Positions 50,060-62,839 of a DNA stretch of 64,000 nt are shown one piece after another. The number at the start of each line of letters is the position of its first letter. Within the stretch, counting starts at the first letter, position 1. The stretch is from Eledone cirrhosa (lineage: Eukaryota), in contig OZ024743.1 in NCBI GenBank assembly GCA_964016885.1, forward strand, positions 57,040,001-57,104,000, written 5' to 3'. The notes beneath the pieces are model-generated. The model made no database searches. It was not told where the DNA came from and was given only the letters and a program-made list of their open reading frames with translations. A program made the position numbers and the translations under genes.

Positions 50060-50390
50060 TGAAATGGCAGAGTCGTTTGAACGTCGGATAGAATGTTTTG
50101 CAGTATTTGTACCGGTTCTGCTCCCTGAGTTCAAATCCCGCCGAGGTCAACTTTGCCTTTCATCCATTCGAGATCGATAAAAAGTACCAGTACCAGTCCT
50201 GTACTGGGGTCGATTATTTTTCTATATCTCTTTCTTACTTCCTTTCTGTCATTCTCCATCTTTCTCTGGAAGAAATTTTCTGCACTCAAGCCTGGAGAAA
50301 GAATGGACTTTGCCAGGTTTAAAACATGCCCTAAGAAACGCCGTATGTTATTATGGTGCTCTTACGACTCCCCCAGGAGTTACGGGACCG
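50060..50390 (+). mobile_element. SINE family A with extended 3' tail (related: 55315-55580 +, 35860-36135 +, 45200-45410 -, 55965-56190 -)
   Basis: Head/core plus shared tail ctggaagaa...cctggaga...aagaaacgccgtatgt. Confidence 0.65.
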
Positions 50391-50654
50391 TACCATGCAA
50401 CAATGTTATCCATCAAAACCTCTATCTCACTAACACACATATTTCACTACAATATTCAATTTCTCATGACGTTAAAGTATGTGAAACTACCGGATCACAG
50501 ATCAATCATATGAAGCCCTTTTATGAATTTTCTTTTTAATCAGTTTTCTAGACAAATGACTTCCAATTTAGCTGATACATAATATTATTGATATATTTAA
50601 TACTATTTGTAAGCAATTGTTAAGTCGCATTTGCAATCTTGTCATTCGAAAGGA

Positions 50655-51200
50655 GTATTTTTCTTCTTCTTTTCTCACTTATTCCTGAGAGGATCATGGG
50701 GGAAGAGTCTTCAAGCACTCCGTTCAGCGGGTCCAGTCAGAAGCAACCATCTCCAACTGATCCGGCTGGATTTCCAAGCATCACCAGCCAAGCTCATGGC
50801 TGTTATCCAACCATCTTGCTCGGGGTCTTCACTTGGGTCTCTTGCCGGTTGGTTTTGCTCATAAAAATTGTCCAGCTATTCTTTCCTGAGACATTCTAAC
50901 CACATGCTCATAGTATCAGAACTGTGATCTCTCAATTCGGAGAAGTAGCGGTTCTAAATGGAGTGACTCTCTGATCTCCGAGCTACACTCTTTATCGAGT
51001 AACATTACTCCAAAGACCCTTCGGAGGAATCCCATTTCGGCCGCTTGTATTCGTGATCGTATTCTTGACCACAAGTCGCATTCATGACCACAGGTAAGGC
51101 TTGGCACGAATACCGAATTGAAGATAGCGGGCTTGGCTTTTACGCCTACCCCCTTTCTTCTGATTACTGAATGCTGAAGTTGGCGCATTACTGCACTAGC
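50655..51200 (-). mobile_element. RTE-clade LINE 3' fragment
   Basis: ORF 50916-51251: IFNSVFVPSLTCGHE...RSRIQAAEMGFLRRVFGVMLLD...EIRESL; (GAA)n tail. Confidence 0.8.
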
Positions 51201-53398
51201 TTTTTTTAAACAGTAAACATTTGTGAAAACTAATACTCGTGTATAAAGCAACGCCTTTTTCGTTGCAAATTTTAGTTCAAATTTTCTTGTATGAAAGACG
51301 AGAAAATACGTTACTATTTTCTCAACAAAGTGTGTTAGAAATATACAAATATATACTGTTGGAACAATCTTAAATACATTTGCTGAACAATATCTAATAT
51401 GTCACCAAAATAAAGCAAGAATTGTAAATTGTCTAAAATACATATTTTATGTGTCTTGCTCACTGTAGTGTCAGCTAAATTATATTTGCTGTAAAAGTGT
51501 ACGGAAGTGTGAAGATTATGAACGGAATTGTAAATCTTTAAAATCATCGAATTTGCTACATTACCTGTAGTGTTCACAGTTATTTAGGAGAGGCGACACA
51601 ATAGTTCGGAAGCCAAGTAAAAATGTTATTTCCCATTCCTACAAAAGAAAATGTAATTTAGAGTTTATCTCTTGAAACAAATAAGGATATATATATATCA
51701 TTATTATTACACATATTTAAACACACACACACACACACATATATATGTCTTAAATAACACGTGCATATATATACATATTACACATATTTAAACATTTTTA
51801 GATTACACATTTAAGCGCGTGCACACACACACACACACATATATATATTAAAAAAGCAGGTGTATGCACACATACACACACGGACAGTATTTATTGTTTA
51901 TTTTCTTAGCTAGTAACATTTTATGTTAGCTCAATTAACACTGAAAAACTGACAAGGGACATATGTTTGCTATGTGCCAAATAATTATATGGAAGGTCAT
52001 AGAGGCTGTCAGCTCCAGTGTTGAAACAAAGAAAGAATTAAATTAAGTAAAAGCTACGAATTAAATTAGATTGGCGAATTGTTTCACAGTTGGTGATCCG
52101 TATATCGGATGTATAGGTCATTTGTCATTCATTAATACCATAAACTAAGGCGGCGAATTGCCACAGCGGAGAGAATGCTTTGCAGAATGGTTTCTGATGC
52201 TCTACACTCCAAGTTGAAATCTCGTCCAAGTTAATTTTGCTTTTCATCTTTTCGATGCCGATAAAATACTAATTCAGTACTGGGTCGATTCCCCTCTCTC
52301 TCTCTCTCGAAGAAATCGACTGTGTGCAGACAAGGAGAAGGATGGGCTCCACTATTAGGAGTTAATGGCCCATCAATAAATAGACAATAACAAAGTAAGA
52401 TGTATTATTCAGTTACACGTGAGGAGGTCGGTTACAAGAAGGGTCGGCGTTACCATTGAGTTCAAATAGATAGCTGTCTAGGGCGGAAACTTAAAAGATT
52501 TTAACTCAAAAGAAGAATATATCCCATTACGTTGAACTGATAGGGTTCACAGTTTTATGCAAATTTGTATAATTAATTTAAATACACAATTCCCAACGAT
52601 CAATAAATAAATTACTAAATTTGTTTGCCACGTAGTAGCGTTGTAGAAATATGCAAAGCGATGGAGAAGGTCCCATGGTGTTATGACCTGTAACAGAATT
52701 TGATGGGGGTGGGGGTGGTGGATTATATAGTGAAAAATATAGGTTTAGTAATTTTCGTAATTTGGTCAGAGCAAAAAATGCCAAAAACTAAGTTCGTCAG
52801 CTTATTGAACTAAATTTAAATCATCTTATGTAGGATAATAGGGCGCTAAGTACCTAGACACTAGCCAAATTTATAAGCAGTTATTTATGGAAACTAGTAG
52901 CAAAAGTTGCTATGGTTTATAGTTTAATAAAAGAACTATCAAATATATTAACCAATGCCGTTTATTTAAACAAATGAATGAACTAAAATAAATTTAAAAA
53001 ATGCGATTTGAAAACAACGTTTAGGGATTGTGGAACCAAGAAATTTACAAACTAATATAGCAAAATGTTTCTTTGAATTTCTGAATCAATATAAAATAGA
53101 AATAGATGCTATTTCATGCCAGTGTAAGCTGATAGGGCAGACAGACTGTTGCTAATCAAAACTTCCAACCAATATCAAAGATTTTCAAAAGAAGAATATA
53201 TCCCATTACATTGAACTGATATTGGAGGTTTGGAATTATACTCGAACAAAATATGGCGACTAACTAGTTAGGTCTCTAGAAAGCTACGGGATGGTGACGT
53301 CAGCACAACTATTGCTGATAATCGGAAAGTATATTTTGTTTTCGCTTGGAATATACGTCAATAAAACTATGCATATTTTATCCAAAGATGCGATATAG

Positions 53399-53403
<5 letters not shown>

Positions 53404-53469
<66 letters not shown>

Positions 53470-53473
53470 GAGA

Positions 53474-53526
<53 letters not shown>
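53404..53526. repeat. (GA)n microsatellite
   Basis: Direct inspection. Confidence 0.95.
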
Positions 53527-53577
53527 TAAGTAAGTAGAATCAAAGTCAGTGTTGCAGCATATGTACAAACTTTATTG

Positions 53578-53666
53578 GCATATTACAATTGTTTCGATAT
53601 CGATCAGCTCAGGGTACACTCATAAGGACGGGGCTTGACTCTTCTTCGATATCTCCTCAGATATGC
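53578..53666 (-). ncRNA. Canonical-core type I hammerhead ribozyme with large loop 2
   Basis: GCATAT-CTGAGGA-GATATCGA-(~40 nt)-TCGATATC-GAAAC-aatt-GTA-ATATGC-c-AATAAA: 6-bp stem I, 8-bp stem II, palindromic ACAATTGT. Confidence 0.85.
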
Positions 53667-53837
53667 GAGTTTATATAGTAACTGTAGTTACACATCTAAA
53701 TAACATACACATACATATATATATATTGATTCTCGCTTTCTGGCAGTTGTCACTAGAATCGTATAGATTTCTCGCTTATGTATATGAGGTGATGGAGCTC
53801 ATTTGCACACAGAGCGGTAACCGGCAAGGCTTAAATT

Positions 53838-53995
53838 AAAAATTAGTATTGGTGTTCCAGCATAGCGTTATACACATATATGTACATGTTGTATATTGAA
53901 TAATATAGAGGATGTTTTTCATAAACATCCTGTATATAATTCAAACACGTACATATGTGTAATAACGCTTTGTTGGAACACCAATACTAATTTTT
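53838..53995. repeat. Imperfect ~160-bp palindrome (MITE-like fold-back)
   Basis: aaaaattagtattggtgttcca...aggatgttt-ttcat-aaacatcct...tggaacaccaatactaattttt. Confidence 0.85.
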
Positions 53996-56737
53996 AGATA
54001 AATTAATATTTTGACGTATATTCCAGTATGAAAGCTATCTAAACAGTTTCACACCTAAATAACATTTCTGGTAACATTACATCGATTTAAGTACAGAAAA
54101 CGATCATTTACGGCACAAAACACATTGAAATGGGTAACGAGAAAACGACATCGAATTAGAAAAGTGCGAATTTGAAAGAAAATTACTTTTCGAGCGAAAA
54201 TTAATGTTATTGTTTTTTTTTAAGAGACGCAATAGTTTATATCGATTATTTTTTTATTGCTTTCAATAGCAATAACGTTCCCTATAAAGACACACATTAG
54301 GTGATTTGTTGCTGATTTTAAAAAAAAGTCTTTTGTTGTTCTAGAAAAATCCTTTCATTCCAATGTACTAACTTTAAATTGAAACTTCCTAAATGGTTCG
54401 CTCAGTATCTCAAATTACGGTGTTTTCTGTATTCAGGAAAATTCACATGAAAAGAAGACAAATTCAAATGGATGTTGGAAATTATATTCCTCTATCAGAT
54501 TTCCAATTGACCTAGTTTTACATTTATCCCATTGATCCTACTGACCTATTTAAACATGTTGGTAGAAACGAAGAGGGGTTTTAAACGAGCAATAAACACG
54601 TACAGATCGAAATATCTTAGCTGTGGCAGATTCAAACATTGACAATACGTTAAAGGACTATTGTTCTTTATTTCGCTTTCTACGAATATGATAGTTCCAA
54701 ACGTTATGCTTGGCCTGGTTTCAGTGAAAGCATGTGGCTTAGTGGTTAGGGTGTTGGACTAATGATCATAAGGTTCTGGATTCGATTCTGGACCGGACAG
54801 TGTGTTGTGTTTTTGAGAAAGACGTTTCATTTCATGTTGCCTTTCAAGACAGGACTGTGGCCACAATCATTAAAACACCCAAGAAACCTATACTATGTAA
54901 CTTTGTTCGAGGCCCAACTAAACATAGGTGTGAGCTATAAATTTCATTTTCTCAAGAAGTACGACTTTTTAGTAAGAGACCAATGTTGTTTCAAACATTG
55001 TCTAACACCCTTTTCGACGGTATTCCTCTACTTATTTTACCAGCAAATTCTCCGCACTATATCTGTGCAACTACTAATGTAAAGCGCCGGCGACGAACGA
55101 AATTCCGAAACTAACCACGTGACAGTTACAAATCGTTTCAATTCAACAATATTGTAGTCGAAACTAAATGCCCCCTGAATCATCCCATTAGATATCTATG
55201 GTGCTTCTTGATGTCCAGGATGATTCTCAAGTGACAAATTCCGGAGAATTGTAGCCTTCTAATATTTCAGGCCATCAGAACCCATCATTTGGCACCATAA
55301 ATGACAATTATAAGGTGGCGATTGGCAGAGTCGTCAGGAGGTCGGATTAAATGCATCGGCATTTGTACCGGCTCACTGCGCTCTGAGTTCCAATCTCAAG
55401 GTTAACTTTGATTTTCATCCTTTCGAGGTAGATAAATAAAGTACCACTTCGATTTTTCCACTAGCTCTCTTTTTCACTTTCCCACTCTTTCCTTTTCTGG
55501 AAGAAAATTAACTAGAGAGATATAGACTGCGTCAAGTTTAAAATGCTCAAGACATGCCATATCTCATGACGGCACCCCTACAATTCGATACAGATTCAGG
55601 GTCTAAGAAATGACAGTTGACCGGATGGGAGCTTTATACAAACGTATCGTTAGCTGGTGGTGTCTTTTCTATTTTGCCACATCGCTAAATCATCCTACTA
55701 TATGACTTGTATTTTAACGACTTGAAAGGATGATTGGTAAATTTAACCACGGCGGAATTTGAATCCAGAGCAGAGAGAGTCGGAAAAATACCGAATCCTT
55801 TAATTTAATTTAATCCATCACCTGAACGATTGTTAATCCGCAGCCAATTACTAAAGAAACAAACGAGATTTAGTAATAAATCCAATGGAGACGCTGCAAT
55901 GTTTTGGTCTTTCCACAAAATATTTGCGACCTACATAAAATGAAATGGGTTTGTATGTATAGACGCGTAACTCCTGAGGCTGTCTCTGGGGCGCCATATT
56001 GACATACGGCATTTCTAAACATGGTGGAGCCCATCTCCTTTCCAGCTCTGAATACAGCAGATTACTTCCAGAGAAGGATAGAGTGAGAGAAAGGAAGTGA
56101 GAAAGAGATATAGAGGAAGAATCGACCCTCAGTGTTAGACTGGACCTTTTTTTATCGTCATTAAATGGATGAAAAGAAAGTTGACCTTTAGCCAGGAATA
56201 AAAAGCCGAATCACACTTTAGGATCATCAAGTTCATTTAGCTTATTAATGTTGGCAGAAAGTTAGAGGTAATTATATATATATATATATATATATATCAT
56301 AATCATTTTTTTTCATCATTTCATTTTACGTCCGCTTTACCCTGCTTGCAAGGGTGGGACGGGAACTGATTTTGGCTTGATTTCTACAGCTGAATGCCCT
56401 TCCTAACACCAACCTCATTTACAGTGAGTGCTGGGTGCTTTTTTGCCGTGGCACCTCCACGACCACTTTGCAGTGGAATGATAGGGACCCCAGTTCCTAT
56501 CATCTCATTTCTACAGCTGAGTAAACTGGAGCAATGTGAAATAAAGTGTCTTGCTCAAGGAGACAACACATCACCCGGTTTGAAAATTGAACTCACAACC
56601 TTTCGATTGCAAGGCCAATGCTTTAACCACTAAGCCATGTGCCTCCATATATATATATAACGAAGGAGGTGTGGTAAGGAACCAGGTGGACCATAACGCA
56701 CCAGAGTACTCGATACTTAGGGTAGTAGAATGGGTAA

Positions 56738-56860
56738 TAGGAAAAGAGTCAGGACCCCGACGGCTGAGCTCCGGTAGTTTCGACAGCTAGCTCCGAACTG
56801 TTCGGATCTAGCTGTCGAAACGGCCGGAGCTCAGCCGTCGGGGTCCTGACTCTTTCCCTA
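56738..56860. repeat. GC-rich near-perfect palindrome, 61-bp arms
   Basis: Arms differ at 4 positions; centre at 56799. Confidence 0.95.
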
Positions 56861-56894
56861 TATATATATATATATAGTTAGATGTGTTGATAAT

Positions 56895-57088
56895 GGTTTC
56901 AGATTTTTTTGGGATGGGAGAAGCCACTTAAATGTAGCCCAGTGCATTACTGGTGCTTTATTTTATCGACCCCGTAAGGATGAAAAGCAAAGCTAACTTT
57001 GGCAAGATTAGGACTCAAAGGTAAAGGGCTGTAACTATGCCGCAAAGCATGTTGTACGCCGCTCTACCGATACTGCCAATTCACCACC
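56895..57088 (-). mobile_element. SINE family A copy
   Basis: atcgaccccgtaaggatgaaaagcaaagctaac...ctctaccgatactgccaattcacc. Confidence 0.8.
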
Positions 57089-57497
57089 GTTAGATGAGTT
57101 GATAATACAATCACATAAGGCGAAAAATAATTCAAAGCTCAGAGAATGAGTGAGTGAAAGTAAAAAAATCTGAAAAATTAATAACTGGTGGCGGTGGAGG
57201 AGATTTTTGGAAAGCCGAGAGTAACTGATAATAGATTGCACCTCCAATCTTAGTAGATTTTTAAAGAACAGTTATAAAATGTCCCCTCATTGAGACAAAT
57301 AACTTGTAATCATATACCATATGAATATGAGAGATCTGTCGCCTTATAACTGACAATAGATTCAGAAATAGCGATCACCATGTATTTTAAAGCAGAAATA
57401 AACGTTATTTAATCTTTAACAGCATTACAAACGACAATCGATGACGCCACGCCAAGCTAATGTAATATATATATATATATATATATTTACACACTCT

Positions 57498-57548
<51 letters not shown>

Positions 57549-57943
57549 AGAGATACACACGCATTCATATATACATACATTTATTCTGCATATTGACATA
57601 TTGGTATATATATATATGCACACACACATGTACATGCATGTATATATATTATATATATATATTATATATATTTATATATATATACATAGATACACACGCA
57701 TTCATATATACATATATTTATTCTGCATATTGACATATTGGTATATATATATATATATGCACACACACATGTACATATATATATATAAATATATATATAT
57801 ATAGTAGTTATATAGTAAGGTGCATTATTGGTTGTGTAAAATGGTCCAATAACTTTATGTTAGCAATATTAAGTTCTCCACGCTTTTGTATATCTCCAAT
57901 TCCATTCAAGGGAACAGCTAGATGATGTAAAACGGAGTATAAG

Positions 57944-58051
57944 TATCAAAACGAAAATCCGAAGGCAAAGTAAAATTCCAATCATTTAATCACGACGTGT
58001 CGTGATTAAATGATTGGAATTTTACCTTGCCTTCGGATTTTCATTTTGATA
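57944..58051. repeat. Near-perfect palindrome, 53-bp arms
   Basis: Arms differ at 2 positions; 2-nt centre 57997-57998. Confidence 0.95.
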
Positions 58052-58688
58052 TATATACATTCACATACGCATACATATATATATATACAAACATACAAAT
58101 TTATAGATATATCTATCTATCGAAGATAGATATATATGTATGTATGTATAAATATATGTATAAATAAACCGGCTTAAGCAATCCAAAAACATTTCGCGTC
58201 AGTAGTGTATCATCAGCGAAATGTTGGTGATTAGTGAATGAGTCTAATGACTGAAATCAGTATAAAAATTAAAGAATATGATAAATAATCATTATAATTG
58301 AATAGTCAACTTATAGTAAATATCTTAACTAGTTTGAGTCACCTCAAAATATTGTGTAACTCTATACGTTAATATATAGGAGTAAAGACCCCCTCCACCC
58401 CTTCGATCACGAATGTCCATGGGATTTGCACCTATAAATTTCCCCTCCGAGACACAAGTCTAGGCAAGGTTGTTTGTGGAAGACCGGCAGTCTCCCATGA
58501 ATACCAGTCTCTCCTCTCCACGCCACCGATGTTGTCCAAGGGAAAGGCAAAGGCTGATACAGCCCGACACTAGTGACGTTGTAACTCATTTCTACATCTG
58601 AGTAAACTGGGGCAACGTGAAATAAAGTGTCTTGCTCAAGAACACAACGCAAAGCCCGGTCCGAGAATCGAACTCACAACCTCACGAT

Positions 58689-58727
<39 letters not shown>

Positions 58728-58860
58728 CAAGTATGTATGTTTTGAAATTGTGAGCGAGTTTGAAATTAGAAATATAAGCTTTCACCGTATTTTTGACTAA
58801 ATAAATTTTTAGCCTGATAGTGGGGTTTAGAACCCTCAGAGAAATGAAAAAAGATGAGTA

Positions 58861-58930
58861 TTGACGTACATGGGAGTCGAACCCACATCTTTGGTTATCC
58901 AGACCACTGTGCTACCATTACACCAACACA
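58861..58930 (-). pseudogene. tRNA-like sequence (tRNA pseudogene or SINE head)
   Basis: TGGTGTAATGGTAGCAC D-arm, TGGT-CTGGATA-ACCA anticodon arm, GTGGG-TTCGACT-CCCAT T-arm; acceptor stem does not pair. Confidence 0.55.
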
Positions 58931-59567
58931 TATATATATATATCATGGAGTGAGTGGAAGACGATATCTAATAGTCTGGCTCGTTACAATTATTGTTACA
59001 CACACACATATATATATATAAACGTATAGATAGGCGTCGTTAGAACGTCGGATAGAATGGTTTGCAGTATCTGTATAAATACAGAGTATGTAACCGAGAC
59101 TTCACCAACGTGTATAGATGTAGACACATATCTCATATGTAGGCATGTAAATAAGTGAAAAAATTCGAATTTTCCTGTAAATTTAAAAAAAAAAAAATTA
59201 TAAACACCTTTAATCGATTTTCGCATCTCATTGGACCCTTATCCAATCAACCACAAGGAAACATGGGTATATATACCCATTCCTTCATAGTGATATTCTG
59301 AAATGAACGTACTAATTTGCATATAATTAACGCTTATGTTGGTAATTAATTAAAGCATATATTAAGAAGTGCGCTTGCAGCCAGTGTATGATAAAGTTAT
59401 ATCTGTATAAATATATATATGACGGGCGGCTACAGTTTAGGCATTGATTAATCTGTGTCTGTAGCAGAAAACACTTGTGGGACTGAATATAGAATCACAT
59501 AATTGCGAAGCTGTCGCACAGCGGAATTGAGCCTAAAATCACATGATTGCAAAGCGAACTCCTTAAT

Positions 59568-59692
59568 CACACAGCCATGCCTACGACTATCACCCACACA
59601 GCAAGGCCTACACCTATCACCCGCACAGCAAGTCCTACACCTATCACCCACACAGCCATGCCTACACCTGTCGACCACAGAGCTATGCCTAC
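59568..59692. repeat. 27-bp tandem repeat (~5 copies) of the SINE C 5' end
   Basis: (cacacagccatgcctacacctatcacc)n. Confidence 0.8.
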
Positions 59693-60645
59693 GATTATAT
59701 GTGGAGAAAACGATAAAGAAAACTTCATTAATTCAGATCAGCAGTTTTTATTTATTCCAATCTTTGAATGAACGACTATAAACATGATGGCGACTGTTTT
59801 AGTTCCAATGGATTCCATAGTCTCCACAACGGAGCATTAAAAGGCAACTGTGATAGTGAATACTACTAAAAGCTAAAGCCATTATAAAACCGGAAACGAT
59901 ATTAAATGAACGCAGGATAATAGTTTATAAAGCAACAGTTTAATCTGCAGTCAATATTTCTCAGAATCAAAATGGCTGCAGTGTAAAAGCTGAATAGAAT
60001 TACAAACAAATATTCAGGAAATATTTTTATGAATAAATGGAGTGTGTATATACGTAGTTTATTTCTAAGATTATAAGACGTCTATACTAGAACACTAAAG
60101 ACACAAGTTAAAGAATCGTGTATATAATAAGAGCGTAAGCTTTGTTTGTCTTGAAACAACGTCACCATTTTTCAGCGTATTTCCTCAAAATTAGACACAT
60201 TGATTTAGATCCATGAGTATGTTATCAATCTAGAATAAAACAGTGAGTATTCAAGAATGGAAACGGAGAAAAACAAAGTTCTAATGGAGTGGGAACGTGA
60301 GAAAGATCAAACACACATAGGTGAAGAGTGTTCTGAAATTTAATTATGTCATTTTGCGGACATCAAATCGAATTTGTTTTCGGCTTCAATCAGTTTCTCT
60401 CCCTATATCTGTCTATCTCAGTCACACACAATTTCTTTCTCTTTGTTTCATCACACATAAAACACATATATGAATGAGAAAAAAATTGTACGTACGTTTG
60501 CGTATAAATGATGTGCTCGTGTCCATGTGTATAGCTTCATATGTGTGTATTACATGTTTCTATATGACTGCGAGTGTTTATGCATGTAGGTATGTACATT
60601 TAGAGGTCTAGGAATCCATATATACACATGTATGTCTTTCTATCA

Positions 60646-60694
<49 letters not shown>

Positions 60695-61162
60695 AAAGGC
60701 GAAAAGAAATAACAAAGCAAAGAACACAGTTCAATGAAGAAATGTATTATTAGTTTTACGCTTGATATAGTTGGAAAAGAGTCTTTAGGTTTCAGACGCT
60801 AGTCCTTCAGCAGAAAATAGATAGAGGAGACTGGGCTGTGGCAGAAAAAAAAAAAGAAAAAAAAGAAGATTTTCTAGAGAAAAAAAACAGGTCTATTCAC
60901 GTCGCCATCTCTTGGAAAACTTTAATTCTAGTTTGTAATCAAGCGCCCATTAGTCGACCCCACCCCCACCATCTACAGAGAATTCTATAGTTTCATTAAC
61001 TAGTGCTATTATAGTTTTCTTTGCCTGAAATTGTTTAAGGTTTGGCCGTTAATATTCGCTTTATTCGTGTAGCTTTAACGCAGCAGGTCTGAACCCAGAA
61101 CCACATGGTTGTGAAGCGAACTCCTTAACCACACAGCTATATTAGCAGTATTTTAGAATACA

Positions 61163-61527
61163 CTAGCAGAATGGCTCGGCGTTGCTCGGGATTTGCTCTA
61201 GGGTTCTTATATATTTTATATATATTTATCCTTATCGAACCTCGTGAAATAAATACGTTTGTTCATATTTTGTTATTGTGTATGTAAACATATCTGTACA
61301 CGAATATATAATTATACATATATATAGTATAAAAAAACGAAAAATAAATGATGCATCTGGACTTAGTTTATTGTGTTACAATTGTTTCGCCGGCAGGTAG
61401 CTCGAGACATGATCACTGTATGGATCTGGCTGATTCTACGGCTGCTTCACACTCTGCTCTGTAAGAATATTGAGTGCTAATTTTGGCATACCGCCTATGG
61501 AAGCACCATAGCTACCATTATACACAC

Positions 61528-61584
<57 letters not shown>

Positions 61585-61661
61585 TATCAAAATAACAGAT
61601 TAAAGTTTAAGCAAAGAATCTCTGCTTTCACCCTCAACGGAATTTCGAAAAACGTTACACA

Positions 61662-61702
<41 letters not shown>

Positions 61703-62110
61703 CACACTATATATATACATATACACACACATATAGCGTCATAATGTCGTAATGCAGACAGCCAGATATTATAAGGGCGCGACGTTATATCTATGTATCT
61801 ATCTAAAAAGAATGAAGAAGGGGATGTGAAATGGATGGTTACCAACCCAATCCTCAATGAATTGGATCTTGCATTTCTGTGCATTGATGGATGGGCTGAT
61901 ACCTTGCGTATTGAGTAAAAGAATTATAGAGAGATCGCTAAATCGCCTAATGCGGTCCCTGGGGCATTGAAAATTTGAAATATCTTTTGCTCAAAAAACA
62001 CTCACAGGACCATAAGTATTACATGTGTAAAGTTTGAAAACAATCGGTTGGGTGGTTCTCGAGTTTTAGGGAGTCAGACAGACAGACATTCTCTGTTTTA
62101 GATATATAGA
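61163..62110 (-). mobile_element. Full-length non-autonomous Helitron-like element with nested insert
   Basis: Minus strand A|TCTATATATC...(TGTC)n near 5' end; 3' hairpin cccgagcaacgccgag + CTAG|T. Confidence 0.7.
61373..61453 (-). ncRNA. Degenerate hammerhead motif (relative of the 53578 copy)
   Basis: GTGT-(gaagca)-GCCG-long loop-CGGC-GAAAC-aatt-GTA-ACAC-AATAAA; CUGANGA box damaged. Confidence 0.45.
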
Positions 62111-62839
62111 TTATATCTATAATTATATTGTTTATATACTTTATATAATACTTTGTGTCAAGACGCTTGGCTCAGTGGTTAAAGTGTTCAGCTCACGATC
62201 GTAAATTTATGCGGGGTGGCGGTCGTGGTTAGAAAATCGACAAATTTTCTAGATTGTCTTCGTTGATTTTTTAAAAACCATAATTAGTCGTTTAGTTTAC
62301 ATATTGAGACACCAACCCATCCTATTTATTTTATAACTTATGGGATTTCTAGTAATGTACTATTTTGTCATGCAATGTACTATTTTGTCATTTAGAAAGA
62401 AAATTAATTGTCGCAGGAATGTTACTACCTAAAATAAAATTTCACCCGAGATAGATTAGCAAAATGTAATAAACGGGGGTTGGGGGTTGGAATAAGAGCG
62501 AGGGCTTGGCAAAAATCTGAAAAATTAGTAAGCGGGGTGGAGGGTGACGATTATTCTAGACCCAAGAGTACGCCTCGAGGATAAGATGGTGAAAATATAG
62601 CAATGGCGAACCGCTAGTGACACTCACTGTATCAGCTATTCCATCTTATGCAGCTCTGCACTCCTCCAAATTCAGCAGAGGAAAACAGCAAAACGAGATG
62701 GAGGACAATGGCGGTTTTGATGAAATTATCCCTGTATTCAACAGCATTTAAAAATATTTTATTAAATAATTATGATCACATTATAAATATGCAATGTGTG
62801 AGCATCAGTTGATGTTGCAATTTATGGCGAGCTCTATAG

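Noticed and set aside
58165-58220. Minus-strand CTGATGA...GAAA
   Set aside because: No stem II or stem III/UH that I can pair
60775-60820. Minus-strand CTGCTGA...GAAAC relic
   Set aside because: Core and stems too degenerate; at most a decayed PLE end
62632-62750. Signal-peptide-like coding exon on the minus strand (TAIVLHLVLLFSSAEFGG)
   Set aside because: No in-frame ATG, and a TGA precedes the donor site
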